Shown piece by piece: positions 1 to 13,000 of a DNA stretch of 64,000 nt. Position 1 is the stretch's first letter; every line of letters starts with the position of its first letter. The stretch is from Lama glama (taxonomy: Eukaryota). The position numbers were made by a program, and so were the translations under genes. The notes below the pieces were generated by a model. It was not told the DNA's origin and searched no databases. It saw nothing but the letters and a program-made list of their open reading frames with translations. The stretch covers positions 39,744,001 through 39,808,000 of the forward strand of contig CM052817.1 in assembly GCA_028534125.1 (NCBI GenBank). Reading direction: 5' to 3'.

Positions 1-720
1 ACTGGATGATCAGGGGCTACTATCTCTCTCCTAATCTAACGTTTTAGATTTTAACTCCTAGGAGACCGTGGACCAAGAACTTGCTTACTTTATACTCTGC
101 CTGTTTAATTTTAACCCAGCTAGGCACAAATGTTTACCAAGTGCTCTCTAATGGTGATGCATGGATCATAGGTTAGCCAGTGAACCCAATGCCGTGAAGT
201 CAGAACTTGACCTACAAACAGAAGCCTGCCTGAGCCCAGTGCAACGTTCTGGCCTCTAGAGTCAAAACTAAGACACAGCCCACCAGGACGGCCCCAACTT
301 AAAAACAGACTTCCATCCACAAATCTGCCAGGAGGTCAGTTGTAGGAAATTTCCATGAAATCAGGTTATAAGTTGTCATTAGGTCTCCAGAATTGTCCAC
401 AGGAGCCCTTTATCCAAATGAGCTGCCTCTAACACTTCGCAGCATTCATGTGAATTCGGACTAGTAAGAACTAAGAAAGGGAGGGAGAGACAGAAGGAAG
501 GCCAGTCATCCTTCCCTGTGGTCCAAGCCAAAATGGACAAAAATTCAAAGTTAGCAACATTTGTCCTTTACCATCTTGACATCATTTTTAAACAATTCTC
601 CTTCCCAGGCACCCAGGAAACCGCACACTACTCTAAGCACCCCAGCTGTGACTGGCCACCCCTAGAGACTTCAAAGTTTTACCCAGTTCCCTTTTGCCAT
701 GGCAGCAGATCTTAGTTCTT

Positions 721-1447
721 TTTTTTTTAAACTGAAGTATAGTTGATTTACAATGTTGTGTTAGCTTCAAGTGTACAGCAAAGTGATTCAGTCATACATA
801 TACACATATATATATATTACACATATTCTTTTTCAGATTCTTTTCCATTATAGGTTGTTATAAGATACTGAATATAGTTCTCTGTGCTATACAGTAGGTC
901 CTTGTTTTATCTACTTTATATTATAGTAGTGTGTATATGTTAAGTGGAAACTCCTATTTTATCCCTCCCCTCCATCCTTTTCCCCTTTGGGAACCATAGT
1001 TTGTTTTCTGTCTATGAGTCTGCTTCTGGTTTGTAAATAAATTCACTTGTATCATTTTTTTTAGATTCCATATATAAGTGATATCATATGATATTTATCT
1101 TTCTCTGACTTACTTCATTTAGTATGATAATTTCTAAGTCAAGCCATTTTGCTGCAAATGGTATTATTTCCTTTTTTTGTGACTAATATTCAATGGTATA
1201 GACATACCACAACTTGTTTATCCAGTCATCTGTCGATAGACATTTAGGTTACTTCCATATCTTGACAATTGTAAACAGTGCTGCTATGAACATCTTTTCG
1301 AGTTAGAGTTTTCTCCAGATATAATCCAAGAGTGGGATTGCTGGATCATATGGTAATTCTATTTTAAGTTTTTTTAAGGAAAACCTCCATACTGTCCTTC
1401 ATGGTGGCTGCACTAATTTCCATTCCCACCAACAGTGTAGGAGGGTT
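721..1447 (-). mobile_element. 5'-truncated LINE-1 3' end
   Basis: Poly-T head, L1 3' UTR/ORF2-end sequence, 15-bp TSD CAGATCTTAGTTCTT (706-720 / 1448-1462). Confidence 0.9.
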
Positions 1448-2827
1448 CAGATCTTAGTTCTTAAGGAGGACAGCAGCCATAAATAAAAGCCAGTTTAAGA
1501 TGATACAAGTAAATTCTCACTTAATCTAGGAAAAAAAACAATCTAGACATGCTAATTCACACCTGATGGATGAATGACAAATACATCTGGAAAGGCAGTG
1601 AGCCTATTTTCTTTTTAAAGAAGAGACTAGGTAATTAAAAACAACCTTTTATTATAAAATCACATATGGCCTGATATAAGGAAATGTTAAAACTCTGAGC
1701 GTTACTTTTGCCATTCTATTCAAGCCAGTCTGACTGAGAGTCTGTCCTGGGGCTAACTCCCTTAGGCTATTTTGTTTCTCAAAGTTTTCTTCCTTTCCTT
1801 GTTATCTGAGGCTATAGATCCAAAGCTCTAAGCTTTTCAGGGCAGGAGCAGGGCTAGGGTGTCAGGCAAGAGGTAGGGGGATAAAGACTAGAAAACAATG
1901 AACAAGGAAGATACAAGAACATGGGTCACTAGGGCATCTATAAACTACAGCATTGGTAAGCCTGTCATTTCATGATGGTGGGATGTGTGTAATTTAGTTT
2001 CACATATTCCAGTGTAGAGAACGTAACACAAATGTTGGTCTTAACCCATCTTAACCCTACTCTTTTTTTGTTTAAATTATTTCATTTTATTTTATTTTAT
2101 TTTATTTGTTGTTGAAGTATAGTCAGTTAACAATGTGTCAGTCTCTGACGTACAGCATAATGTCCCAGTCCTGTTAACCCTAATCCTGACCTTAAGGCCA
2201 GTCAGTTGCCCTAAATCAAGAACTCATACTCCCAGAGGGGTCAGCCAAGCATGTAGTCAGAAGGCCACCCTCCAGAGGTACCACTATAAGCCTTCAGCTA
2301 CCTTGTTCTCCCATCATCCTCCCAAGCTTTATAAGTAGCATAATGAATTTTAGAAATAGGTTTTTACTGTAGAAATTAATAGCTTATTAATTAGCATAAT
2401 GGATGCCAGAAAGTCTTCCCTGAGTGAAATTAGCTGTGTTCAAGATACGTGAATGGATTAAGTATTTTAGAGATAATCCCCTCCCCCTTGCATTAAAGGG
2501 TACATAAGAATCCAGCTGGCTCTTCTACCAGAGGCTTAATCCCTAAACAGTCCTGGGTCCCTCCATGTGTTCAGATGTTTTTGGCTGCCTGGCTGAGAGC
2601 CTGACTTGGTTAGCCACATCCTGCTGCTAGAACACTGCCAAAATTGACTCCCATGAACTTTCCACATCACATGTTTTCAAAACACCAAAAAGATAAACAG
2701 CAGGGACCTAATATTAGTAGGCCTTGAAGTATGGACTGTTTTATGCCAGTCTACGAAATACAATGTCTATGTGTGTGTAAAAATTTAATCCCCCATCATA
2801 ACATAGGTACATTTAACCCTCACTGAC

Positions 2828-3088
2828 ACAGACTAAAAGTTTGTGTGCTCCCCCAAATTCATACTGAAGCCCTAACCCCAAAAAATACAGTATTTGGAGA
2901 TGGGACCTTTGGCAGCTAATTAGGTTTAAATAAGATCATGAGCACTGGGCTCTCAAGATGGATATAGTGCCCTTATAAGAAGACACATCACACAGTTTCC
3001 AGCCTTCAGAACTGCGACAAAATAAATTTCTGTTGCTTAAGTCACCCAGTCTATGGTAGTTTGTTTTGGCAGCCTGAGCAAACTGACA
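2828..3088 (+). mobile_element. MaLR (MLT1-like) LTR, internally deleted
   Basis: Hallmarks ccccaaattcata...gaagccctaacccc and aataaatttctgttgcttaagtcacccagtctatgg. Confidence 0.75.
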
Positions 3089-3748
3089 CTCAACTACACT
3101 CAGTCTTCCTCAAACAAATGAACAAAAAACTAAAGCTATAGTTATCCATAACTAAAAATATTTCACTTACTTCCTGTCAAGTTTTTAAGTTTTATTTAAC
3201 ATAGTTATAGCTAGAGTTAAATATGCACAAGCCTGGGGGTTGCCCCTCGCCTCCCAAGGTCCATACCCCATGCTCAAATCCATTCACACTTTCTTCTTCA
3301 GTGAAAGAATTCTTAATTTTAGCTAGACACATGGCCATACAGAACAAAGACTACATCTCCCAGAGCCCTTTGCATCAAGGTGTTATCACATGACTTGAGT
3401 TCTAGTCAACAGATACAAGTGGAGGTGGCGTGTCCAACTTCCCGCCTGAGGTTCCCAAAGACATGAGTACATCCTTCTTGTTTTAGTTCTTCCCTGCTGG
3501 CCATTCTGTTGTACTCACTGGGTAGAGCTGAAGCAGCTGCCCTGGACCATAAAGTAGAAGCACACTGAGGATGGTAGACGAATACCAAATGAGCTGTTAT
3601 ACCAGTTGAACTGCCTATGGTTAAGTGAGGGGGATAAAACTCTACCTTATTCAAGACATGGTTAACGCTGTATAAACCACTGTCAGTGTCAGCTAAACCT
3701 CCAGCGAACTAGCAATAATAAATGACATTATTAAAAGTTGGGTTTTTA

Positions 3749-3889
3749 GAGGGGAGGGTATAGCTCAGTGGCAGAGTATGTGCTTAGCATGCACAAGGTC
3801 CCGAGTTCAATCCCCAGTACTTCCATTCATACATACATACATACATACATACATACATACATAAAAGCTTAATACCCTCCCCTCTCCGA
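3749..3889 (+). mobile_element. tRNA-Ala-derived camelid-type SINE (Vic-1-like) with (TACA)n
   Basis: A box tagctcagtgg, B box gagttcaatcc; 16-bp TSD AAAAGTTGGGTTTTTA (3733-3748 / 3890-3905). Confidence 0.9.
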
Positions 3890-3940
3890 AAAAGTTGGGT
3901 TTTTAATTTTTAAAAAATGACAGTACTGAAAATGTCTTAC

Positions 3941-4020
3941 CAGGGAAGCTCAGTCAATCCTCCTTGTACAGCAATAGCAGACTTAACCCTATTAGCAAAC
4001 TGGACTGCATCTTCTCCTTT
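3941..4020 (-). CDS. GPAT3: GPAT3 exon 11 (80 nt): [26 protein letters not shown](W)
   Basis: Acceptor tttttcccag|, donor TG|gtaaga. Confidence 0.95.
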
Positions 4021-7000
4021 CTGGGAAAAAAAAAAATTACAAGTACATCCTGGGGACAGAATCTTCAAATAATGCTTTCAAATATCTCATAATCATTTAG
4101 ATTTGTTTTAAAATATAAGATTCACATTTTAGCTCAAATATTCTCTATTCTGAATCACAGCAAATATTTGTTCTATCAAGAAAATGTAGTGCTATATTGT
4201 TTAATTTTTTATGATGTGTATATATATATATATTTATTATGCTCTTTGTTAGTCTTATTCGAGATACAACATTCCACAACATTTGTAGGTTCAATGAACC
4301 AATAGCAATTGTAAAAAAAAAAAAAAAAAACCAATAGCAATTCAATGAACCGATAGCAATTCTTACGGAAAAGAGTCTCTGAATACAAAAACAGACTGAT
4401 TTTGAAGAGAGCTAAATATATTTATTTTCAATGACTCATTTGCTGAGGAGGCAGAAATAAAGTCCAACTCTAGCTGACGTGAGGAAGACAGATACCCAGG
4501 TTTTCAGGTAAAGGTTTTCTTGTCTTTATCTGATTAGATAAAGCCATTATCTATGGAATACCTCTCTAGTCATAGGGGGCATGTACCACACATCACAGAC
4601 AATGGCCCAGCTGGTCATCATTCGAAGCAGGTAGCTCACCATGTTGTATTTACTACTGTTCCAAAATGCATCGCCAAATTGAGGATTATACTGAGAAAAG
4701 AGGAAAGAAAATGCATTCCAGTTAAAAATTAAACGGCGGCTTCTCTCATCCATGTTAATGGCTAACAAGCCAAACATCTCTATCAGACCCCAAGAGAAAG
4801 AGAAAAGCTATTTCACTGGACAGAAATGATCAAAAGAGTAAACCAGGTCAGATAACTCCTCTGCCTAGAGCCAGGAACGCTGCAATAGGGAGGTTATTGA
4901 CATGACCCTTAAATATCTGTCTCCCGACCTGACTGGAAAGCGGGTCAAAGTAGGAACAGCATCTGTTTTGCTTATCAGTGTATCCTCAGTTCTGGAGCAC
5001 TGGCCCGGCACACAGTCCCCTGGTACATACTGTATACATATCAATAGAGAGAAAAGATGATCGAGCAAGTGGGGCAAGTGCAAACAACTGGTAAATCTGA
5101 GTAAAGAGCACACAAGTATTCTTTATTAAGTTTGGAATCATATCAAAATAAAGTTACCAAGTTACTGCCCTTTTGGGGAGGGTAGGGGTGGATAATCTTT
5201 TTTACCTTAATTGCAACTGGATGTATGGTTCCTCCAATTTCAAAGCTTCCCTTTTTGAACATCATTACTGAAGTATTGTTGATGCAAGTTCCTGGAGGGG
5301 AATTGGGGGGATGGGTGAATATTTTTTAAAGCAGTCAATTTTTAAACTGATTTTTTTAAATGAATTATTTTGATATAAAATAATTGAAAATATTCACATT
5401 ATATCACAATTATAGACATTTTACTACCATCTCATAAATCAATTTCTGCTTAAGTAGTAATTCAACAGTTTTAAGCAGATTTACTAATAAATTTTTACTT
5501 TATTACTGAATATTCTAGAGATACACAATAGGTGATAATTTCAATATATTTAAAATAAGGAACCTTAAAAAGTTATGGACAATGCCTTTCTAAGTTCATT
5601 ACCCAAACATAAATTCTAAGATCAAAAAAAGTACCATGACTGCCATTAAATCTCAAAAGGAAGCAGGGAATTACTAGCTCAGAAGCCATCTCATTCCTGT
5701 AGGACAGCACAGATCTGAACTAAGAATGCCAATTCTAGAACAATCCAATTCCTCATACACTTTTGGTACTTGTCATCAACTATAGCTTGGTAAGCAATCC
5801 CCCTTCTTACCTTCAGGAAAGATTAATATGGGTAATTTTTTCTTATCAGCAATATGTTCTCTTAGTCTGTGAAGAAAAATAAAGGATCAGAATTCTACCT
5901 TTAAAAAGAGAGAGGTGGGAATCCTCTTTGGTATTCTTTATACTCTACTAGCACAAATATAACTGTAACACAGTAAGAAGAAATCAGACTGAAATTCAAA
6001 TTGGTCCCTTTCTAAAAAAGTGTACGGGTATGTACACTGCTTCAATTTCTCTCATCTCCAAGGAGTGATTTTCAGTGCCTTCTGCCTACTCTTAAGAGTG
6101 CTAGGCAGTCATGTGACGTGCGCCCTCGAGCCCGTGTCATGAGCTTTGTTCCTTTCTCCACATACTTATATTTTCTCATCTAAAAAGTGGGAATATTGGT
6201 TGTGGGACTTGTCCACCTCAAGACCATTAAATATAAGAAAACTCCTTCAGTGAGTCAGGCTGAACTTTTCTGTGAAACACACACCATAAAACTAAGAATG
6301 AAAGAAGTTCTCCCAAGCTTAGGTCCTGCCCTGCCTGCGGCCAGCCCTACATTTCCAGCTGCTCACTGGAAGCTGGTAAAGCTGAGATAGAGAGACTACA
6401 GCTGCCAGAGTGTATACCACTGCTAAATCATTCCAAGATGGGGAACAGTTTCCCAACCTTAAAGAAATTTCTTCAGGTACTTTCATTTTTACTCTTAAAC
6501 GCATGGCCCACCTTCACCCCTACAGAAGCGAGGACTACAGTGTCTTCAGTTAAAAGGCAAAAGCTGTTTCCAAACAAAGGCAGCTCAACTCCATCCCAAG
6601 TCCCAGGAGCTCCTTCGCCTGTTCCATGAAGAGCATTAGGTCTGTCTGTCTCTAGACGGATTTAAGTGATAACGGTCACTCAGCAAACACTTAATCAGCC
6701 ATCTGTTTATCCAGCCAACAGTTACCAATTATTTACCTTCAAGCAGTAATTTTTAGCTTTAAAAATTCAGTGACTGGATTATCCCTAAATCCCGGCAATA
6801 TAAATGTACTGGCCTTTTAATCTCATTGTATATCCCACTATGACTACAGAATTAAAAAATCTTTAAATCTAGCTAAGACAGGTGATTCACTAGAAAAGGC
6901 CAACCATAAACAGAGCTCCGTATGCTGCAGTTTGAGCCCTTGGTGCCGCTTAGCCCTCTCTGGCAGGAAGGCCACAACTTATCAGACTTTATGCTACCCC

Positions 7001-10000
7001 CATGGATGCCGAGTAATGCCACTGCTTACCTCTGAGTAACCAGGTGTCGGTCCTTCATTTCTGAACGTTCAAACCAGACATGTGGACAAGCCTTGACCAT
7101 AGCTCTCTGAATAATTCCCATCAATCCACCATGAACTTGGCCAACCTAGAAGAACCATGAGAAAAAGGGGGAAAATGTAAAGGCATAGCTGTCCAGAGAA
7201 TGCCTTTTTTTTTTAGTTCCTATTAGTTCCTATTTCCCACTCAGAGAAAAGACTGACCTTCTACTGATTAAAGTTCTTAATCTGTTCAAAGAATATAAAT
7301 AGCCAAATATAAGCACAAAATGTTCTTTAGTAGCATCTTTGAATTTTGAGCTATGTTGCTACATTAGCTTTACTTCAGTTTTAAAAAGTAGGAATCTTTC
7401 AGCTGAGTCAAGGTAAGGGAAATGCAAATTAAAACTACACTGAAATAATGATTTCAGACCCAGCAGACTAATAAGGATGCAAAAGCTTGACGATGCACTC
7501 TGAGCCAAGGCTGTGGGAAACAGGCACTCTCACACATTGCTTGGGATGTGGGAGAGGACAACCCCCACGGAAGGAAACTTGGCAGTATCTATCAGAACTA
7601 CACATACACTTACCCTTCAACTCAGTAACTCCACTTCTAGGAATCTACCCTGCAGATATACCTCCAACAAAATGAAAACATACATACACAAGGTTTTCAT
7701 TGCAGCATTATCTGTAATTGCAAGATACTGAAAAATACCTCCATGTCTGAACATAAGAACTTAGATGAATACACTATGGTACATACACACAATGCAGTAC
7801 TACGCAGCGACGAAAAGAACAAGGTTGATCTTTATGACTGGTAAGGACTGATTCCCAGGAGATGTTAAGTGAAAAAAGCAAACTGCAAAAAAGCAAATGA
7901 AGTGTGCCACTTTTTGTGTCAGATGGAAGGGGAAGTATACACATTGTTTATCTCTACAAAAAGAAAAAATAACCAAAATCAACAAAGCTGTAGATTTCAC
8001 AAGGTCAGAGGAAATGGGGCAGAATAGACATGGATGGACTGACACTTCTATGAGTGCAGCTTTTTTGTTTAGTTTTGACACTTAGAAGCATGTTAATGTC
8101 CCACAAATTCAAAAAATAAATCAACAAAAATAGGACTAGCAAAGTGCAAGCAAACTTAAACAAATGAACCCAGCTGTATTTCAAATGAATAAAAGAACCC
8201 TGAAGGAAGAGGGAGAGAAAAACTCAAGAAATTTACAAAGACAGTATTTGACCACATCCGCTCCATCTTAGGTGGGGTACCAGGAACTGCAAAGTACCCT
8301 GAATTATTTTACTACATTTGTTTTTTGTAGTAAAACAGGTGAAGCAGTTCTGAAACAGTTTTAGATCTACTACAGGCTGGAGAAAACGAGCAAACACGTT
8401 GATACTGTCAGGAAACAAGGTATCCACTGTGAAAAGAGGGAAATACGAACATAGATTGATGGAAAGTGAGAAAGAACTCCATGAGTTGAGTGAAATGCTA
8501 TAGATTCAGATTTCCAATATATTAATATTATACATGAATATGAAATATAAACATATTGTAATAGAAACATTTATGCACATATTTACAAGAGAGAGAAAGC
8601 AGCACATGAAAATGCAAATGATAAAGCAAATGGGGCAAAATGTTACCAACAGGTTAATGTGGTTAAAGGGCTTATGGATATTTAATGTAACATTCTTATC
8701 ATTACAATTTCTCCTGTAAGAAAATATTTCTAAATTTTAAAAAAAAAGTAGAGGTCTTTATTTAGGAGGAAAAAAAAAAAACTTTGTAAAGCCACTAAGA
8801 AGAGATCTTGAATGCTCTTCAGATACATAGCTTATGTTTAGCCAAAAGAGGACAAGTATGACTTCAGGAAGTTAGCTGTACAGTTTCTCCTACTTCTGCC
8901 CTCTACTGACTGATTTCATCCAGTTGGCTTAGAGTGGATGGGGATGAGGAGTGGGACAAAAATAGGGGAAGGGTATTAAGTGGTACAAACTTCCAGTTAT
9001 AAAATAAGTAAGTCATGAGATGTAATGCACAGCATAGGGAATACAGTAAATAAAGTTGAAGTAACTTTGTATAGTGATAGATGGTTACTAGGTTTATCCT
9101 GGTGATCAATTTGTAATATATATAAATATCAAATTACTGCATTGTACACTTGAAACTAGCATAATATTTTACATCAACTACAATTTAAAAACTGACTATA
9201 CTTCAATAAATACATATACCAAAAAAAAAATCTAAAAAGATAAATCCAACTTTTTTTTTAATTGAGTTAGTCAGTTTACAATGTTGTGTCAATTCCCAGT
9301 GTAGAGCACAATTTTTCAGTTATATGTGAACATACATATATTCATTGTCACATTCTTTTTCACCATGAGCTACCACAAGATCTTATATATATTTCCCTGT
9401 GCTACACAGTATAATCTTGTTTACGATTCTATATATATATATATGTCAGTATCTACGAATTTCAAACTCCCAGTCTGTCCCTTCCCACCCCTCTTCCCAC
9501 TGGCAGCCACGTTTGTATTCTATATCTATGAGTCTGTTTCTGTTTTGTACTTATGTTCATTTGTCTTTTTCTTTTCTTTCTTTTCTTTTTTTTTAGATTC
9601 CACATATAAGCAATCTCATATGGCATTTTTCTTTCTCTTTCTGGCTTACTTCACTTAGAATGACATTCTCCAGGGACATCTATATTGCTGCAAATGGCAT
9701 TATGTTGTTGGTTTTTATGGCTGAATAGTATTCCATTGTATAAATATACCACAGCTTCTTTTTTTTTAACATTTTTTATTGAATTATAATCATTTTACAA
9801 TGTTGTGTCAAATGCCACAGCTTCTTTATCCAGTCATCTGTCAATGGACATTTAGGCTGTTTCCATGTCTTGGCTATTGTAAATAGTGCTGCTGTGAACA
9901 CTGAGGGGCAGGTGTCTTTTTGAAGTAGGGTTCCTTCTGGATATATGCCCAGGAGCGGGATTACTGGGTCATACAGTAAGTCTGCTCCTAGTCTTTTGAG

Positions 10001-13000
10001 GAATCTCCATACTGTTTTCCACAGTGGCTGTACCAAACTGCATCCCCACCAGCAGTGTAGAAGGGTTCCCTTTTCTCCACAGCCTCTCTAGCATTTGTTA
10101 TTTATGGACTTTGAATGACAGCCATTCTGACTGGTGTGAGGTGATACCTCATTGTAGTTTTGATTTGTACTTCTCTGACAATTAGTGATATTGAGCATTT
10201 TTTCATGTGCCTATTGATCATTTGTATTTCTTCCTTGGAGAATTGCTTGTTTAGGTCTTCTGCCCATTTTGGGATTGAGTTGTTTGTAAACCCAACTGAC
10301 TTTAGGCCTTTATCACTCAACCCATCAGAAAGTTCACAGGTACTATAAGCTTTTCTAAACCTTAGCTAATATTGTAATTACACAACTGTATATTGCAAGT
10401 ATAATTGCAGTTACTACATATGATGAAAAAGCATGGAAAATGTGGACAAAATTCTGAGGTCCTCAGGTACAAATGAGTTATACTCAACTCTGTTAACTAG
10501 GACACAGAATGAATATTGTCTCAGAGACACAAAATCATGCTTTGGGGAAGTTGGTTAAGATGCCTAAACCTCTGTTTTCTCATCTATAACAAAATCTCAG
10601 CCTTAACCTCTTTGGATTTAGTACATGATTTTTAAACCTCCTTGGGTTGCAAATACAATGGATATGAAAGTGCTTGTTTGCATAAATACAAAGAATGATT
10701 ACATACACCCAGAACTGTGCTGGGGCATGTCAATGGTTGTTAACATAGCGTCCTTGGAGAGGCTCTCCGGGGATCCATAAATACCTAGAAATTATACACA
10801 AAACTGGGTTTGTATGATGCAAATGTATGTTGTTGTTTTTCTAAAAAGGGGGTACATAAATGTTAACTGATTGCTAATCTAAAAAAGGTTAACAACTACC
10901 AATTCCCATGTCTTTCCAGAGAGATGGATAAAGCTTCCTTGGATTCAGAAAAAGCTCCACAACTTAGAGAAATTTAACAACATGTTAAAATGTGGTTACC
11001 CAAGAGTTATATTTCCAAATTTATATTTTAGACAGATAAAATATCTGGCAATAAGTTAGGAGTTTTTACAATGGTCTTCAAAACCCCCTCAATGATTATA
11101 TAGCCCATGTATAACTGTGGGTTTTGTGGTTTGTTGATGGGTTTTGTTTTCTTTTCTTTTGGGGCTGTAGGCAAGTCAACTACCAGCGCTCCCCACTCTC
11201 CCGCCTGCAGCAGACACTTAAGTCAACAATGGCTCCCTTCAGATGCCGTCCCAGAAAAGCACTACAGACCATGACTGTCAGTCACAGCAGTAGGGGATTA
11301 AGAGATACAAACTACTATGTAGGAAACAAATGAGCTACAAGGATATATTGTACACCACAGGGAATATAGCCAATCATTTATAATAACTATAGATGGAATG
11401 TAACCTTTAAAAATTATGCAGGGGGAGAGAAATAGCTCAGTGGTAGAGTGCGTGCTTAGTGTGCACCAGGTCCTGGGTTCAATCCCTAGTACCTCCATTA
11501 AAAAAAAAATTGGGAATCACTATGTTGTACACCTGAAATTTATATAATATTGTGCAGAAACTGGTACCTCAATAAAAATTAATTAATTAATTAATGGCTC
11601 CCTTCAAATGCCTTCCCAGAAAAGCACACTAGACCATGACTACTCATCACTGAAGCTGACAAGTGACATAAAAACCATCTGTTCTCTCTGAAGCCCAAGC
11701 TACTACTGTGCGATATGAAGAGACAGTTCCCCAGGATCCCTCTCCCATACTCCACACACCAGCTTAGGGCATATTTACCACTATACAAGGAAAAAGGACA
11801 CCTTCGGTGATCCTCCAAATTTTACCTGACATGTACATGAAAGAGATAAAGGAAATCATGACAAGTTCTTCAGCATAAGAGAAACATTCTTTGATGTGGA
11901 AAAAATGCCAGAAGTGCCACAAAAAGGTCTTTTGAGGTATTTGATTTATTTTACTGTGGGTTTTGTGGTTTGTTGATGGGTTTTTTTTTTCTTTTCTTTT
12001 CGGGCTACAGGCAAGAACTGAGAAAGACAATGTGGTATAAATATTTGCCTTTCTTGCTTGATCTTCATTAAAGAGCCAGGTTGTTTGTTTTTTGTTTTTG
12101 AATTGCATATGACTACTTGAAAGGAGACAGAACTAATTGGTTGGTAAGGGATTTGAACAGCTCTAAGGAGGAAGATTTTAATGTCTCAAAGTGTTCACCA
12201 AACATTGCAGGGATTTTAGAAGCAAGATGTAATCAACTTCATGAAGTCCTGTCAAACCCACACAACTATGGTCAATCACTCTTTGACAAAGGAGGCAAGA
12301 ATATGCAAAGGAGAAAAGACAATCTCTTTGGCAAGTGGTGCTGGGAAAGCTGGACAGCTGCATGTAAATCAATGAAGTTAGAACACTTCTCACATCATAC
12401 ACAAAAATAATCTCAAAATGGCTTAGAGACTTAAATATAAGACAGGACACCATAAATCTCCTAGAAGAGAACATAGGCAAAATATTCTCTAACATAAATC
12501 TTAGCAATGTTTTCTTGGGTCAATCTACCAAGGTAATAGAAATAAAAGCAAAACTAAACGAACAGGACCTAATTAAACTTATAAGCTTTTGCACAGCAAA
12601 GGAAACATAAACAAAACAAAAAGATAACCTATGGAATGGGAGAAAATACTTGCAAAAAAAAAAAAAAAGAAAGAAAAGAAAATACTTGCAAATGATGTGA
12701 CTGACAAGGGCTTAACTTCCAGAATATACAAACAGCTCACACAACTCAATAACAACAAAAATAAGACAACCCAATCCAAAAATGAGCAGAAGATCTTTCT
12801 CCAATGAAAGCATACAGATGGCCAATAAGCACATGAAGAGATGCTCAATTTCACTAATTATCAGAGAAATGCAAATCAAAACTACAATGAGGTATCACCT
12901 CATACTGGTCAGAATGGCCATCATTAAAAAGTCCATAAACAATAAATGCTGGAGAGGGTGTGGAGAAAAGGGAACCCTCCTACACTATAGGTGGGAAAGT

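Noticed and set aside
1..3940. Terminal GPAT3 exon (DGGLKRAKVK...)
   Set aside because: Not found by eye in this interval; presumably lies beyond the left edge
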